Position numbers and translations under genes: made by a program. From positions 1-64,000 of IMG/VR virus record IMGVR_UViG_3300025018_000111: a stretch of 64,000 nucleotides of DNA, one strand, 5' to 3'. Position 1 is the first letter of the stretch. Every line of letters starts with the position of its first letter. This document shows positions 1 to 10,354 of this stretch, one piece after another. The DNA is from a virus. Below the pieces are notes generated by a model that saw only the letters and a program-made list of their open reading frames with translations, had not been told where the DNA came from and ran no database searches.

Positions 1-1
1 T

Positions 2-136
2 CAATTCGGAGTTGACAAGTTTATAGAAAAAAATCTAGGAACTCCTAAAGAAAAATACAAGATTCGGGAAATTATCGAATTGACTGGAAATCAATATGGA
101 GGAGAAGCTTTCTCAAGATTCTTAAAAAAGAACTAG
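2..136 (+). CDS. 3' end (partial) of a fourth LRR-like repeat protein paralogue
   Basis: Frame 2 reads QFGVDKFIEKNLGTPKEKYKIREIIELTGNQYGGEAFSRFLKKN*, matching the C-termini of 920-1855, 3637-4692 and 8595-9530. Confidence 0.9.
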   Translation, partial: QFGVDKFIEKNLGTPKEKYKIREIIELTGNQYGGEAFSRFLKKN

Positions 137-247
137 GATAATATAGATATATTAGAAAAAAAATCCGTTCCAGAAATAACCTTTCATTTGAGGGGTTATT
201 TTTATTTCACCTTCTCATTTGACATTCTTTTTGAAACGTGACAATAT

Positions 248-676
248 TTGACCATGAACAACCAATCAGATAGAATTATGAAGTATATTATAGCAATTGA
301 GAGACAGATTGAATCAAACGATCTATTAAACATTTGGTTTTCTAATTTGGAAGAAAATCAAGATAAAAAAATAAAGCCAAATAATTTAATAATCACAATC
401 AATAATTTTTGGCAATATTTTCAGAGAATGGATATCAGAAGTTTTAAGGCTGATTTTATAGATTCTTATATCCGATTTGATAGGGAAGTTTCTAAGATTG
501 TCTATCGGTTAGAATATGGAGATATTGATTTAATTAAGGAAATAAATGATGATCGAATTTTAAATAAACTCATTGAAAATCAGATGACAAAATTCCTAAA
601 CGGAGAAGGAAAATATTTGACGATTGTGGCAAATTGGGGAGTTTCTAGTTTTCAAGAAAATAAAAAAATGAAATGA
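248..676 (+). CDS. hypothetical protein
   Basis: ORF behind promoter at 219; start may be a later ATG. Confidence 0.7.
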   Translation: MTMNNQSDRIMKYIIAIERQIESNDLLNIWFSNLEENQDKKIKPNNLIITINNFWQYFQRMDIRSFKADFIDSYIRFDREVSKIVYRLEYGDIDLIKEINDDRILNKLIENQMTKFLNGEGKYLTIVANWGVSSFQENKKMK

Positions 677-774
677 AAATCAAATCTGTACTTATCTTTA
701 TCTTTCAATTATTTTTAGCCAAACTAATGGAGATGATTAGCATAACAAGAAAGAATAAAATAGACTCAATATAG
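673..774 (+). CDS. 33-aa hydrophobic/basic peptide (paralogue of 11265-11366)
   Basis: MKIKSVLIFIFQLFLAKLMEMISITRKNKIDSI*; ATGA overlap with upstream gene; stop TAG inside the palindrome at 768. Confidence 0.7.
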   Translation: MKIKSVLIFIFQLFLAKLMEMISITRKNKIDSI

Positions 775-919
775 GTATATTAAAATAAATTATCATAAAC
801 TTTATGATTTAACCAGAAAGCGGCCTTTCCGAATGGGAGGCCGATTTTTTGTTTTAATTGATTGACAAAATATAAAATCCTGATAATATCAAACCGTGAA
901 CAAACAACCAAATAAAATT

Positions 920-1855
920 ATGAAAACAAGCGAAAAAATACTAAAATTCTGCGAAGATCACAAACTGACCGAAGATCAGTTCTTTGGGAGGGAAATGGTA
1001 AAATGGGGCCTTAACCTCAGCAATGTAACCGAAGTTCCAGAAGGATTTAATCCCATTGTTGGACGGGATCTTTATCTTGGTAATGTAACCGAAATCCCAG
1101 AAGGTTTCTGCCCTACCGTCGGATGGAGTCTTTTTCTCAATAATGCCACCAAAGTTCCAGAAGGTTTTAATCCTACTGTTGGGGGGTGTCTTTGGCTTAA
1201 TAGTCTACCCAAAATTCCAGAGGGATTCAACCCTACTGTCGGAAGGAGTCTTTTCCTCAATAGTCTAACCGAAATTCCAGAAGGATTCAATCCCACCGTT
1301 GGAGGGTCTCTTTATCTGAATAGTCTAACCGAAATTCCAAAAGGATTCGATCCCATTGTCGGAGGGAGCATTTTTTTCAAAAACAAGACAATTTCCGAAA
1401 CTAAAAAACCAGATCCCATCCTAACTTGGAAAGATGGAAAATATTGCCTGATTGACAGAATATTCGCAGAAGTCATCAATCGAAAAATTAAAGACAATAT
1501 TGAGATTTTTAAACTAAAAAAGATTTGCAGTGAGGAATATTTCTTCTCAGTAGTAAAAGGAAATCTGGCTGCTCATGGGAAAGGTTTGAAAGGGGCCTTG
1601 CTCGATCTCAGGTTTAAGGAAGAGAACCGAGACGTTTCTTCGTATGAATCTTTAACCTTAGATTCGGAATTATCATTCGAAGATATTGTCATCTGTTACA
1701 GAGTTATAACAGGAGCTTGCCAATTCGGAGTTGACAAGTTTATAGAAGAAAATTTGGAAAATCCTAAAGAAAAATACAAGATTCGGGAGATTGTCAAATT
1801 AACTGAGGATCAATACGGCGGAGAAGTTTTTTTAAAGTTTTTCCAAGAGAATTAA
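920..1855 (+). CDS. LRR-like 20-aa repeat protein (6 repeats) with conserved C-terminal YRVITGAC domain
   Basis: LxLxxxTxIPEGFxPxVGxx repeats with 60-bp period; GTG at 896 is an alternative start. Confidence 0.85.
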   Translation: MKTSEKILKFCEDHKLTEDQFFGREMVKWGLNLSNVTEVPEGFNPIVGRDLYLGNVTEIPEGFCPTVGWSLFLNNATKVPEGFNPTVGGCLWLNSLPKIPEGFNPTVGRSLFLNSLTEIPEGFNPTVGGSLYLNSLTEIPKGFDPIVGGSIFFKNKTISETKKPDPILTWKDGKYCLIDRIFAEVINRKIKDNIEIFKLKKICSEEYFFSVVKGNLAAHGKGLKGALLDLRFKEENRDVSSYESLTLDSELSFEDIVICYRVITGACQFGVDKFIEENLENPKEKYKIREIVKLTEDQYGGEVFLKFFQEN

Positions 1856-2022
1856 GATAATATACCTATATTAAAATAAATCGTCCTAAACTTTACGATT
1901 CAACCAGAAAGCGGCCTTTCCAAATGGGAGGCCGATTTTTTATATTGACATTCTTTTTCGAGTGTGTCATTGTAAAAGAGCAATAAACAAACCATTAAAT
2001 AAAATCAAAAAAAGTAAAAATT

Positions 2023-2241
2023 ATGAAAAAAGAAACTATTATATTGCCAAACGGAAATCTAGCTCGAATTGAATGGATCACAAGGGTAAGAGCGTTAGAA
2101 GGATTCAAAGGAGGGGAAAAGAACATCTCGGATCGTGTTGTGATTGAATTTAAACAGGGAGTGAACGAGGTTATCAATTATGATAATTTTGAAGATGCCG
2201 AAAATGATCGGGATTCTATTATTGAACAAATAATCGACTAG
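2023..2241 (+). CDS. hypothetical protein
   Basis: ORF behind promoter at 1945 with AAAATT-ATG start context. Confidence 0.75.
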   Translation: MKKETIILPNGNLARIEWITRVRALEGFKGGEKNISDRVVIEFKQGVNEVINYDNFEDAENDRDSIIEQIID

Positions 2242-2310
2242 TGGACGATTTACAAATTCAAAAGCATACGTTGGGACAAAATTGACTAAATAACCTTAAA
2301 AATAAAAAAA

Positions 2311-2748
2311 ATGAAAATATTTAATAGAACTACCAAAAAAATAGAGGAACTGTCATATATCGTCAATAGTCAAGATATGGCTTCAGAAATGATGTTGAGG
2401 TCAGACCAGATAAAATATAATCGAGATGAGGATCAATACGAAGCCAATGACGAAGAAATAAGGTGGTGGGAAAAATGGCTGGAAGAACAGTCATTGGCTG
2501 ATGATATGGAAGACGATGTGAAAACTCTAGTGAGAGATGAAAAATTCCAGAATTCAGAATGGATTTCCCACAGGATAGAAGAGTTGAAAATGGAGGCTGG
2601 GTGGTGCGACTTTGAGGATATCCCGAGAGAGACTCAGAAATTACTGAAGGAATTATACAAGGATATTCAGGAATGGTCAAATAAAATGGGATACAAACCG
2701 GTTGAGGGATACTGGAGGTTGGAGCCTGAGCCAGATAGCTTGACGTGA
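2311..2748 (+). CDS. acidic hypothetical protein
   Basis: 145-aa D/E-rich ORF, co-oriented. Confidence 0.75.
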   Translation: MKIFNRTTKKIEELSYIVNSQDMASEMMLRSDQIKYNRDEDQYEANDEEIRWWEKWLEEQSLADDMEDDVKTLVRDEKFQNSEWISHRIEELKMEAGWCDFEDIPRETQKLLKELYKDIQEWSNKMGYKPVEGYWRLEPEPDSLT

Positions 2749-2952
2749 GCTAGCCTGCCACGAACTAAGGGGAGTCCTTTCTGAAATTTTAGATTGATAA
2801 TTCCCGAGATAATATAGTTATATTGAAAAATAACTCTTTCGAGCCATTCCTTTTAAGGGGGGTGGTTTTTTTTGTTTTATTTCGTTTGACAAAAATTTTG
2901 ATCCATGTTAATCTAATATAGAACAGAAACCAAATAAATTCAAAAAAATAAT

Positions 2953-3471
2953 ATGTTTACTACCGAACAGAAGAAATTGATTATCGAATTACAAACAAGC
3001 AAAAAATATAAAGGAGGATTGATTGGAAACAATGATTCGGAGGAGAATTTGCATCGTTGTTGCTTGGGAGTTTATGCCCATTGTTGTGGATACAAGAAGA
3101 CTATAGAGAATCTTTTTCCAAAAATAAAATTTGAATTTTCAAGAGATATCGCTTTTTTTAAGGATTATAGTCAATGGAATCTTTATTCAGAAAATGGCAA
3201 ATTTTGCGATTTTTATATTTATTTAAGAGATGGGAGCGTAAAAATTTCTACTTTGGCTGCACTAAATGATTCAAATATCAAGGATTTCGACCACAAGTTT
3301 ATTTCAAAATTTCTCTTCACGATGCCTGAGAGAGTTTTTAGAAACTTTAACGAAGGTCATTTGAGTGAATTGGATTATGAATTTGGGGAATTCTTTTTGA
3401 AAGTCGAAAAATTGGCAGAAGAAAAGAATTATATTAGAATTACGGAGGGATGGAAAAAGGAATTGAGTTAA
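2953..3471 (+). CDS. hypothetical phage protein (CCLGV...LAALND motif)
   Basis: Own promoter at 2886; ends 2 nt before palindrome 3474. Confidence 0.75.
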   Translation: MFTTEQKKLIIELQTSKKYKGGLIGNNDSEENLHRCCLGVYAHCCGYKKTIENLFPKIKFEFSRDIAFFKDYSQWNLYSENGKFCDFYIYLRDGSVKISTLAALNDSNIKDFDHKFISKFLFTMPERVFRNFNEGHLSELDYEFGEFFLKVEKLAEEKNYIRITEGWKKELS

Positions 3472-3636
3472 GGAATATATCTATATTAAAGAATGACTCC
3501 TCGTTTCTCTTAAGCCGTCCATTAGAAAACATCTGAGATTCTTTATAGAGTCTTGGGTGTTTTTTTGTTCTATTTCATTTGACAAAATATAAAATCCTGA
3601 TAATATCAAACCGTGAACAAACAACCAAATAAAATT

Positions 3637-4692
3637 ATGAAAACAAACGAAGAAATACTAAAATTCTGCAGGGACCATAAACTGACCGAAGATCAGTTCT
3701 TCGGGAGGGAAATGATAAAAGGGGGCCTTAACCTTGAAAATTTAATCAAAATCCCAGAAGGTTTCTGCCCTACTGTTGGAGAAAATCTTTATCTTGACAA
3801 TGTAGTAGAAATTCCAGAAGGATTCACACCCATTGTTGGAATAAATCTTTATCTGAATAACTTGAACAAAATCCCAGAAGGATTCAGTCCTACCGTTGGA
3901 TGGAGTCTTTATCTTAATAATGTAACCAAAATTCCCGAAGGATTCAATCCAACCGTTGGAGGGAATCTTTACCTCAATAATGTAACTGAAATTCCAGAAA
4001 ATTTCAACCCCACTGTCGGATGGAGTCTTTTCCTCAATAATGTAACCGAAATTCCAGAAAATTTCAACCCTACTGTCGGCAGGGATCTTCATCTCAATAG
4101 TTTAACCAAAATTCCAGAGGGATTCAATCCTACCACCGGATGGAGTCTTTTCCTCAATAATGTAACGAAAGTTCCAGAAAGATTCGATCCCATTGTCGGA
4201 GGGATCATTTTTCTCAAGAACGAAATTATTCGCGAAAATAAAAAACCAGATCCTATCCTAACTTGGCAAAACGGAAAATATTGTTCGATTGACAGAATAT
4301 TCGCAGAAGTTGTTAGCCGAAAAATTAAAGACAATATTGAGATTCTCAAACTAAAAAAGATTTACAGTGAGGAATATTTCTTCGCAGTAGTCAAGGGAAA
4401 TCTCTCGGCTCACGGGAAAAATCTGAAGAGTTGTCTCCTTGATCTCAGGTTCAAAGAAGAGGAAAGAGACGTTTCTTCGTATGAATCTTTGACTTTAGAT
4501 TCGGAATTATCATTCGAAGATATGGTCATCTGTTACAGAGTCATAACGGGAGCATGCCAATTCGGAGTTGACAAGTTTATAGAAAAAAATCTAGGAACTC
4601 CTAAAGAAAAATATAAGATTCGGGAAGTCATTGAGTTGACTGGAGGTCAATATGGTGGAAATGTATTTTCAAAGTTTTTCCAAGAATCCTGA
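3637..4692 (+). CDS. LRR-like 20-aa repeat protein (8 repeats)
   Basis: Paralogue of 920-1855 with two extra repeats; promoter/leader identical to about 862-929. Confidence 0.85.
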   Translation: MKTNEEILKFCRDHKLTEDQFFGREMIKGGLNLENLIKIPEGFCPTVGENLYLDNVVEIPEGFTPIVGINLYLNNLNKIPEGFSPTVGWSLYLNNVTKIPEGFNPTVGGNLYLNNVTEIPENFNPTVGWSLFLNNVTEIPENFNPTVGRDLHLNSLTKIPEGFNPTTGWSLFLNNVTKVPERFDPIVGGIIFLKNEIIRENKKPDPILTWQNGKYCSIDRIFAEVVSRKIKDNIEILKLKKIYSEEYFFAVVKGNLSAHGKNLKSCLLDLRFKEEERDVSSYESLTLDSELSFEDMVICYRVITGACQFGVDKFIEKNLGTPKEKYKIREVIELTGGQYGGNVFSKFFQES

Positions 4693-4837
4693 AGAATATA
4701 GATATATTAAAAGAAATCTTCATAACCTTGAGAATTATCTTTAGAGCAGATTTCCGAAAGGGGATCTGTTTTTTTATTTGACATCGTTTTCAAGGTATGA
4801 TAAAATAATTATTAACAATCAATTACAAATAAATATT

Positions 4838-5330
4838 ATGAAACTAACTATACTTGGAGTGAACTACAACGTAATTTTTGTAAATCATAGATTTTATGGA
4901 TCTGATTTACAAGGATACATAAACAGATCGAACGAAATAAATATTGAGAAGCTGGAGAATTTATTGGACTCTATCAAGAATATTTCTTCAATGGCTGCAC
5001 TAGGATTGAGAGTTAATGTATCTCAACCGCTCGAAAATAACCCCTTCTTTAAAGGGAAAAGAGTTTTTTCGCCACCAGATATTAATATCACATTCGCAGA
5101 ACCAAATAAAGGAGAAAAGGTTTATATTTTGGACAGATTTACAGAAGACAATAATGAATTCTGCCGCATGACAAATAAAGATAAGGATTTTATCTCAGAA
5201 AAAGTCTTGGCGGATTTAAAAAATCAGAATTTAGATTTTGTTTCTATAATCCAAGAGTTAAAAATGGATATGCTGCTTTCAATTAGGGAATCTCTTCTTA
5301 ATTATCTTGAAAAAGAAGAAAGAAGGGTGG
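4838..5330 (+). pseudogene. Paralogue of 13345-13893 truncated by IS insertion
   Basis: Aligns with 13345-13893 up to SIRES...EKEE, then reads into the IS right end. Confidence 0.7.
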
Positions 5331-6642
5331 GTGAGCTACCCTGCCATGAATGGCAAGGCTTCTTCTTTCAACGACTGAGTATTCTCAATCTCCAGAAGCG
5401 TAGATTCGGGAAGCTCCTTCCCTATTGAACTTTTACTATCATTCTCGGCAAATGCCAAATTCTTGATATTAATTGCAGCATTCAAGTCTCTGTCATGGAC
5501 AAATCCGCAATTTTTACAAGTCCAAATTCTATCTCTCAATTTGAGATCATTATTGAGAGAAGAGCATTTATTGCATTTTTTAGAACTTGGTTCGTACTGG
5601 CCTATTAGTATCAAAGATTTTCCTTTATCGTCAAGTTTATATTTCAACAATGTTTGAAACAAATACCATCCACAATCCATTATATTTCTGGATAGATATT
5701 TATTTTTAATCATTTGTTGAATATTTAACTTTTCCATTGAAACTGAAGTATAAGTTTGGTTTTCACTTATACTGCAAGACAGTTTATGGAGAAAATCTAA
5801 TCTTGTGTTTGAAACTTTCTCATGTGTTCTCGCAACCTTAATTCGTTGCTTGTTTCGATTATTCGATCCTTTTTTCTTGCGAGAAAGTTTTCTTTGTTGT
5901 CTTCTTAATGATTTTAGTTTCCATTTTAAATGTTTTGGATTTTTGATTTTAGTCCCGTCAGAAAATGTTGCAAAATCTTTAATTCCCAAATCAATTCCGA
6001 GATTCGTATCAAATTCTGGCTTTATCTCTTTTTGTTTTTTGAGATTTGTTTCAACCAAGATGCTAACATAGTATTTGCCAGATTTGGTTTTTGAAATTGT
6101 ACAAGTTTTAATATTTCCAGAGAATTCTCTGTGGAAAACACATTTTATTCCATTTTTAAACTTTGGACAAAAGAATCTTCCATTTTCAAAATCTACCTTA
6201 CAATTTTGAGGAGACGAAAAAGATTGTTTATGATGCTTGGATTTGAAAGTGGGATATTTTGTTTTCTTTTTAAAGAAATTAGTAAAAGCAACATCCAGAT
6301 TTCTTAAAGAAGATTGAATAGACTGAGAATTGACTTCTTTCAACCAATTCAATTCTTTTTTCCATTCAGTTGCCATTTTAGAAATCTGAAACATATTAAC
6401 GGACTTTTTTGAATCTTTATATGATTCAGATCTAATGTCAAGCCCTCTGTTATAGATATATCTACAGACACCGAAATGCTTCGCTAAAAGCGTTTCTTGA
6501 TCTAGATTCGGATATAGTCTATATTTATATGCTTTCACTCTACTTATTAATACACTATTTTTTATAGAAAAGTATTGATTTCTTTAAATTTTCATCTGGA
6601 CTCTCTGTATCCCCAGACATTAATGTCGGGGTTTTAGAGAGT
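5331..6642 (-). mobile_element. IS200/IS605-family tnpB-only element (IS1341-like)
   Basis: Right-end hairpin GCCTTGCCATTCATGGCAGGGTAGCTCAC on the - strand ending at 5331; left-end hairpin CCCCAGACATTAATGTCGGGG near 6611-6631; no tnpA; left boundary approximate. Confidence 0.8.
5336..6538 (-). CDS. tnpB: RNA-guided endonuclease TnpB
   Basis: N-terminal KAYKYRLYP, RuvC-I GIDLG, RuvC-II E (SMEKLN), CxxC...CxxC finger, RuvC-III DRDLNAA. Confidence 0.95.
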   Translation of the reverse strand: MKAYKYRLYPNLDQETLLAKHFGVCRYIYNRGLDIRSESYKDSKKSVNMFQISKMATEWKKELNWLKEVNSQSIQSSLRNLDVAFTNFFKKKTKYPTFKSKHHKQSFSSPQNCKVDFENGRFFCPKFKNGIKCVFHREFSGNIKTCTISKTKSGKYYVSILVETNLKKQKEIKPEFDTNLGIDLGIKDFATFSDGTKIKNPKHLKWKLKSLRRQQRKLSRKKKGSNNRNKQRIKVARTHEKVSNTRLDFLHKLSCSISENQTYTSVSMEKLNIQQMIKNKYLSRNIMDCGWYLFQTLLKYKLDDKGKSLILIGQYEPSSKKCNKCSSLNNDLKLRDRIWTCKNCGFVHDRDLNAAINIKNLAFAENDSKSSIGKELPESTLLEIENTQSLKEEALPFMAG

Positions 6643-6669
6643 CATTTTTCTATAAACAAATACGACACA

Positions 6670-7101
6670 ATGACACTCGATGAAGAAAACAACTCTTTTG
6701 AAAGGATTTTAAAAGGGACTCATATTTCGGAAATTTTACAAATAGATGGAGTTTCGGAGTTGGTGAAAGAATATTTTAACAATGAAATATTAGAGAACTG
6801 GTTTAATGAATTGTCGGAATTTGATAAAATTAAGAAAGCAGTAGGAGTATTGAATAAAAATATACCAAATATTAACACAGAAGCATCTGGGGAAATATTG
6901 GAGGCAATTCGGGAAGTATTTGAGGATTTCAGAATAGAAATAACCGGATGGAATCTTTTGAGTTTAAGCGTGTCAAATAGAGATATATATGACATGTGCA
7001 AATATTGTTTTTACTGTTCTACTGATGGGGAATTCTCTGTAGCGTATAGTTACTTGTTGAAGAAATTTATTGTTTGCAGAGAGCCGTTTGCTGAATTGTA
7101 G
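6670..7101 (+). CDS. hypothetical phage protein
   Basis: 143-aa ORF ending just before palindrome 7106. Confidence 0.75.
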   Translation: MTLDEENNSFERILKGTHISEILQIDGVSELVKEYFNNEILENWFNELSEFDKIKKAVGVLNKNIPNINTEASGEILEAIREVFEDFRIEITGWNLLSLSVSNRDIYDMCKYCFYCSTDGEFSVAYSYLLKKFIVCREPFAEL

Positions 7102-7256
7102 TATTAATATACCTATATTAAAAGAAATCGTTATAGACTTTACGATTTAGCCATGAGGCGGCTTTTCCAAAAGGGAAAGTCGTTTTTTTTCTTTACTTTT
7201 TAGAGAGATTGTGTTAATATAAATGAGAGGGGAAAACAACGAATTAAAATAAAATT

Positions 7257-7502
7257 ATGCCACAGATCACAGTAAATAAACCACAAGACAGACAATTTAA
7301 AAGAGGGGATTTGTTCGAGAACAAAATGGGGCAAGTATTTATGCTTTGTCAAGTAAAAATTGGATTATATTCCTTAATTCATCTTGCAACCGGAAACAGA
7401 GTTTCAGAGCATTTTGGATTAGAGGGAGAATTGAAAGAATATTTAGAAGCTTTTGCGGTGAAAATACTCCCAGAAGGATCGGAGATTGAATTGAAAAATT
7501 GA
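7257..7502 (+). CDS. small hypothetical protein (paralogue of 9698-9943)
   Basis: Shared MPQ.TV, F.RG.LFEN, QVFMLC.VK.G.Y, LP.G...ELKN. Confidence 0.85.
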   Translation: MPQITVNKPQDRQFKRGDLFENKMGQVFMLCQVKIGLYSLIHLATGNRVSEHFGLEGELKEYLEAFAVKILPEGSEIELKN

Positions 7503-7658
7503 ATTAGCAATATACCTATATTAAAAGAAATTGTCATAGACTTTACGATTTGACCAGAAGCGGTTTTCCGAGAGGAAGACTGCTTTTTTTTGTTGACGAA
7601 TATTCTGGATTGTGATACCATGAAGATGGTAAAACTAACTATCAGCCATAAAAATAAT

Positions 7659-7934
7659 ATGAAAAAGACTTTTAAAATCTCAGAAGCAATAAAAATAATC
7701 TCAGAAGCAATTGTTCTCAAATATCTGGAATCAAAGGAATTTCACGATGATTCTGCAACTATCAGAGCCGAAGTTAACGATTTATTGGATCTTTATGAAA
7801 AAGACGGATTCAAGGTTAATCATGGGTACGATCAAGGAAGATGCGTCAGGATCGTCAAGAACAGAGTGAGGGAAAGAATCAAGGCCCTTGAGTTTTGCGA
7901 TGAAGTCAGAGGTGGATCAAGATGGGAACAATAG
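7659..7934 (+). CDS. hypothetical protein
   Basis: Promoter at 7593; ATG 7659 in frame with ORF 7590..7934. Confidence 0.7.
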   Translation: MKKTFKISEAIKIISEAIVLKYLESKEFHDDSATIRAEVNDLLDLYEKDGFKVNHGYDQGRCVRIVKNRVRERIKALEFCDEVRGGSRWEQ

Positions 7935-7991
7935 GGACTGCTACAAGGAATATAGGTATATTAGAAAAATAAATTTCAAATTTACAAAATT

Positions 7992-8315
7992 ATGGATTTA
8001 ATATTTTACAAATTATCGTCAGCAAAATTAGGATGTTGGTCACATTTAAATGGCTCTGGAGGTCTTCCAGCTTCGGAAATAGTATCAAAATTTAAAGAGA
8101 AATTCGGACTAAAAACAGAATTAAAAATAAACACCGAGGATGAATATTCCAAAACTTTTGAGTTTGGACCAAGCGATGATCAATCTCTTTTTAAAGTTTT
8201 CCGCTATACTGCTGAGGATCAAGATAGAATTGTGGAACTGGAAAGACAGATTGGAAAAGAAGTTTTTATCACAGAGTATATTGATTTTTGCTTGACAGGA
8301 GAAAAGCCAAACTAA
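7992..8315 (+). CDS. hypothetical protein (possible distant paralogue of 14388-14702)
   Basis: Similar length, M..I.Y start, D..RI...E...G....EYI end; both start shortly after a palindrome. Confidence 0.7.
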   Translation: MDLIFYKLSSAKLGCWSHLNGSGGLPASEIVSKFKEKFGLKTELKINTEDEYSKTFEFGPSDDQSLFKVFRYTAEDQDRIVELERQIGKEVFITEYIDFCLTGEKPN

Positions 8316-8594
8316 AGAAATTGTCTCAGAGCTTCACGATTTGACCATGAAGCTGGCTTTTCCGAATGGGAATCGGTTCAAGGAATATACCTATATTAAA
8401 GAATGACTCTCAGTTTCTCTTAAGCCGTCCAAATAAGGATGGTTTTTTTTATTGACATTATCTTTTTTTCATGTTAATATAATATCGGAAACAATAATTC
8501 AAAATCAATAAAAAATATAAATTGAGCTATCAAGAAAAGTTGAATCAATTGAAACTTTTAAAGAAATCAGAATAAAATTCTTTGTAATAGAATT

Positions 8595-9530
8595 ATGAAA
8601 ACAAGCGAAAAAATACTTGAATTTTGCAGGGACCACGAACTAACGGAAGATCAATTTTTCGGGAGAGAGATGGTGAATGGAGATCTTAATCTTGAAAGTT
8701 TGACCGAAGTTCCAGAAGGATTTAGTCCTAAAGTCGGAGGAAGTCTTTACCTCAGTAGTTTAACTGAAATCCCAGAAGGATTCAAGCCCATAATTGGGAA
8801 GAGCCTCTTTCTTAGAAGTGTAACCAAAATTCCCGAAGGATTTAATCCCATTGTTGGACGGGATCTTTATCTTGGTAATGTAACCGAAATCCCAGAAGGT
8901 TTCTGCCCCACTGTCGGATGGAGTCTTTATCTGAATAGTTTAACCAAAATTCCAGAGGGATTCAATCCTACCACCGGATGGAGTCTTTTCCTCAATAATG
9001 TAACGAAAGTTCCAGAAAGATTCAATCCCATTGTCGGAGGGAGTATTTATCTCAAGAACGAAATTATTCGCGAAAACAAAAAACCAGATCCTATCCTAAC
9101 TTGGCAAAACGGAAAATATTGTTCGATTGACGGAATATTTGGGGAAATCGTCAGTCGAAAAATTAAAGATAATATCGAGATTTTCAAACTAAAAAAGATT
9201 TGTCGTGAGCAATATTTCTTCGCAGTAGTGAAAGAGAATCTGGCTGCTCATGGGAAAAATCTAAAAAGTTGTCTCCTCGATCTCAGGTTTAAGGAAGCGG
9301 AAAGAGACGTTTCTTCGTATGAATCTTTGACTTTAGATTCGGAATTATCGTTTGAAGATATGGTCATCTGTTACAGGGTGATTACGGGAGCCTGTCAATT
9401 CGGAGTTGACAAGTTTATAGAAGGAAATTTGAAAAATCCTAAAGAAAAATACAAGATTCGGGAAATTATAGAATTGACTGAGAATCAATACGGTGGAAAT
9501 GTATTTTCAAAGTTTTTCCAAGAATCCTGA
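8595..9530 (+). CDS. LRR-like 20-aa repeat protein (6 repeats)
   Basis: Mosaic of blocks shared with both other full-length paralogues. Confidence 0.85.
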   Translation: MKTSEKILEFCRDHELTEDQFFGREMVNGDLNLESLTEVPEGFSPKVGGSLYLSSLTEIPEGFKPIIGKSLFLRSVTKIPEGFNPIVGRDLYLGNVTEIPEGFCPTVGWSLYLNSLTKIPEGFNPTTGWSLFLNNVTKVPERFNPIVGGSIYLKNEIIRENKKPDPILTWQNGKYCSIDGIFGEIVSRKIKDNIEIFKLKKICREQYFFAVVKENLAAHGKNLKSCLLDLRFKEAERDVSSYESLTLDSELSFEDMVICYRVITGACQFGVDKFIEGNLKNPKEKYKIREIIELTENQYGGNVFSKFFQES

Positions 9531-9697
9531 AGAATATAGATATATTAAAAGAAATCTTCATAACCTTGAGAATTATCTTTAGAGCAGATTTCCGAAAGGG
9601 GATCTGTTTTTTTATTTAACATTCTTTTCAATTTATGAGAAGATATAAGAGTAGAATATCAGTTGAAGGTGAATATGAAATCAAATCAAATAAAATT

Positions 9698-9943
9698 ATG
9701 CCACAAGTTACAGTAAGAAAGTCGGGAGATGAGGACTTCGAGAGAGGGGGTCTATTCGAGAACGAAAATTGTCAAGTGTTTATGCTTTGCGAAGTGAAGG
9801 CAGGAATTTATTGCTTTATTTGTCTCGAATCAGGAACTAGACTGTTAGCGGATTTTACAACAAAAGTAGAATTGATAAAATATATGGAAGATTATTGTAT
9901 CGAACCGCTTCCCAAAGGGTTTGCAGTTGAGTTGAAAAATTAA
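9698..9943 (+). CDS. small hypothetical protein (paralogue of 7257-7502)
   Basis: ATG at 9698 gives 81 aa, the same length as the paralogue. Confidence 0.85.
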   Translation: MPQVTVRKSGDEDFERGGLFENENCQVFMLCEVKAGIYCFICLESGTRLLADFTTKVELIKYMEDYCIEPLPKGFAVELKN

Positions 9944-10354
9944 ACAAACTGTCTATTTTTATACACACTGTATAAAAAGATACACAAGGGCAATTTTCCA
10001 AACAATTGGGATCTTGCTTCTTTTTTTGTGTTTGAAGATAAATAAAAAAGATTTAAATAAGAATATAATATTACAGAACAGTAGCACAAGTAAGGGAATT
10101 TGAAATTTTAGATTTAACGAGTTTTTAATACTCTTATGGTGTGGTGGTACTATTGTATAGGTGAAAACGAGCGAGAAGCGGTATTTTTCGCCAAACAGAG
10201 GCATTTTTAACCAGAGTGTGATTTCATCCAATATAGGTATATTAAACAAAATATTTCAACATGAGAAAAAAAACAGATTTTTTTTAATTGACAAAAGAGT
10301 AAAAATAGAATAGGATAAAAGAGGAACAGAACCCATAAAAAAAAATTACAACGT

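Noticed and set aside
1072-4349. Antisense ORFs over the LRR genes
   Set aside because: Mirror translations of the 60-bp repeat
920-9530. Diversity-generating retroelement behind the LRR paralogues
   Set aside because: No reverse transcriptase in the window; differences are not adenine-restricted and include repeat-number changes
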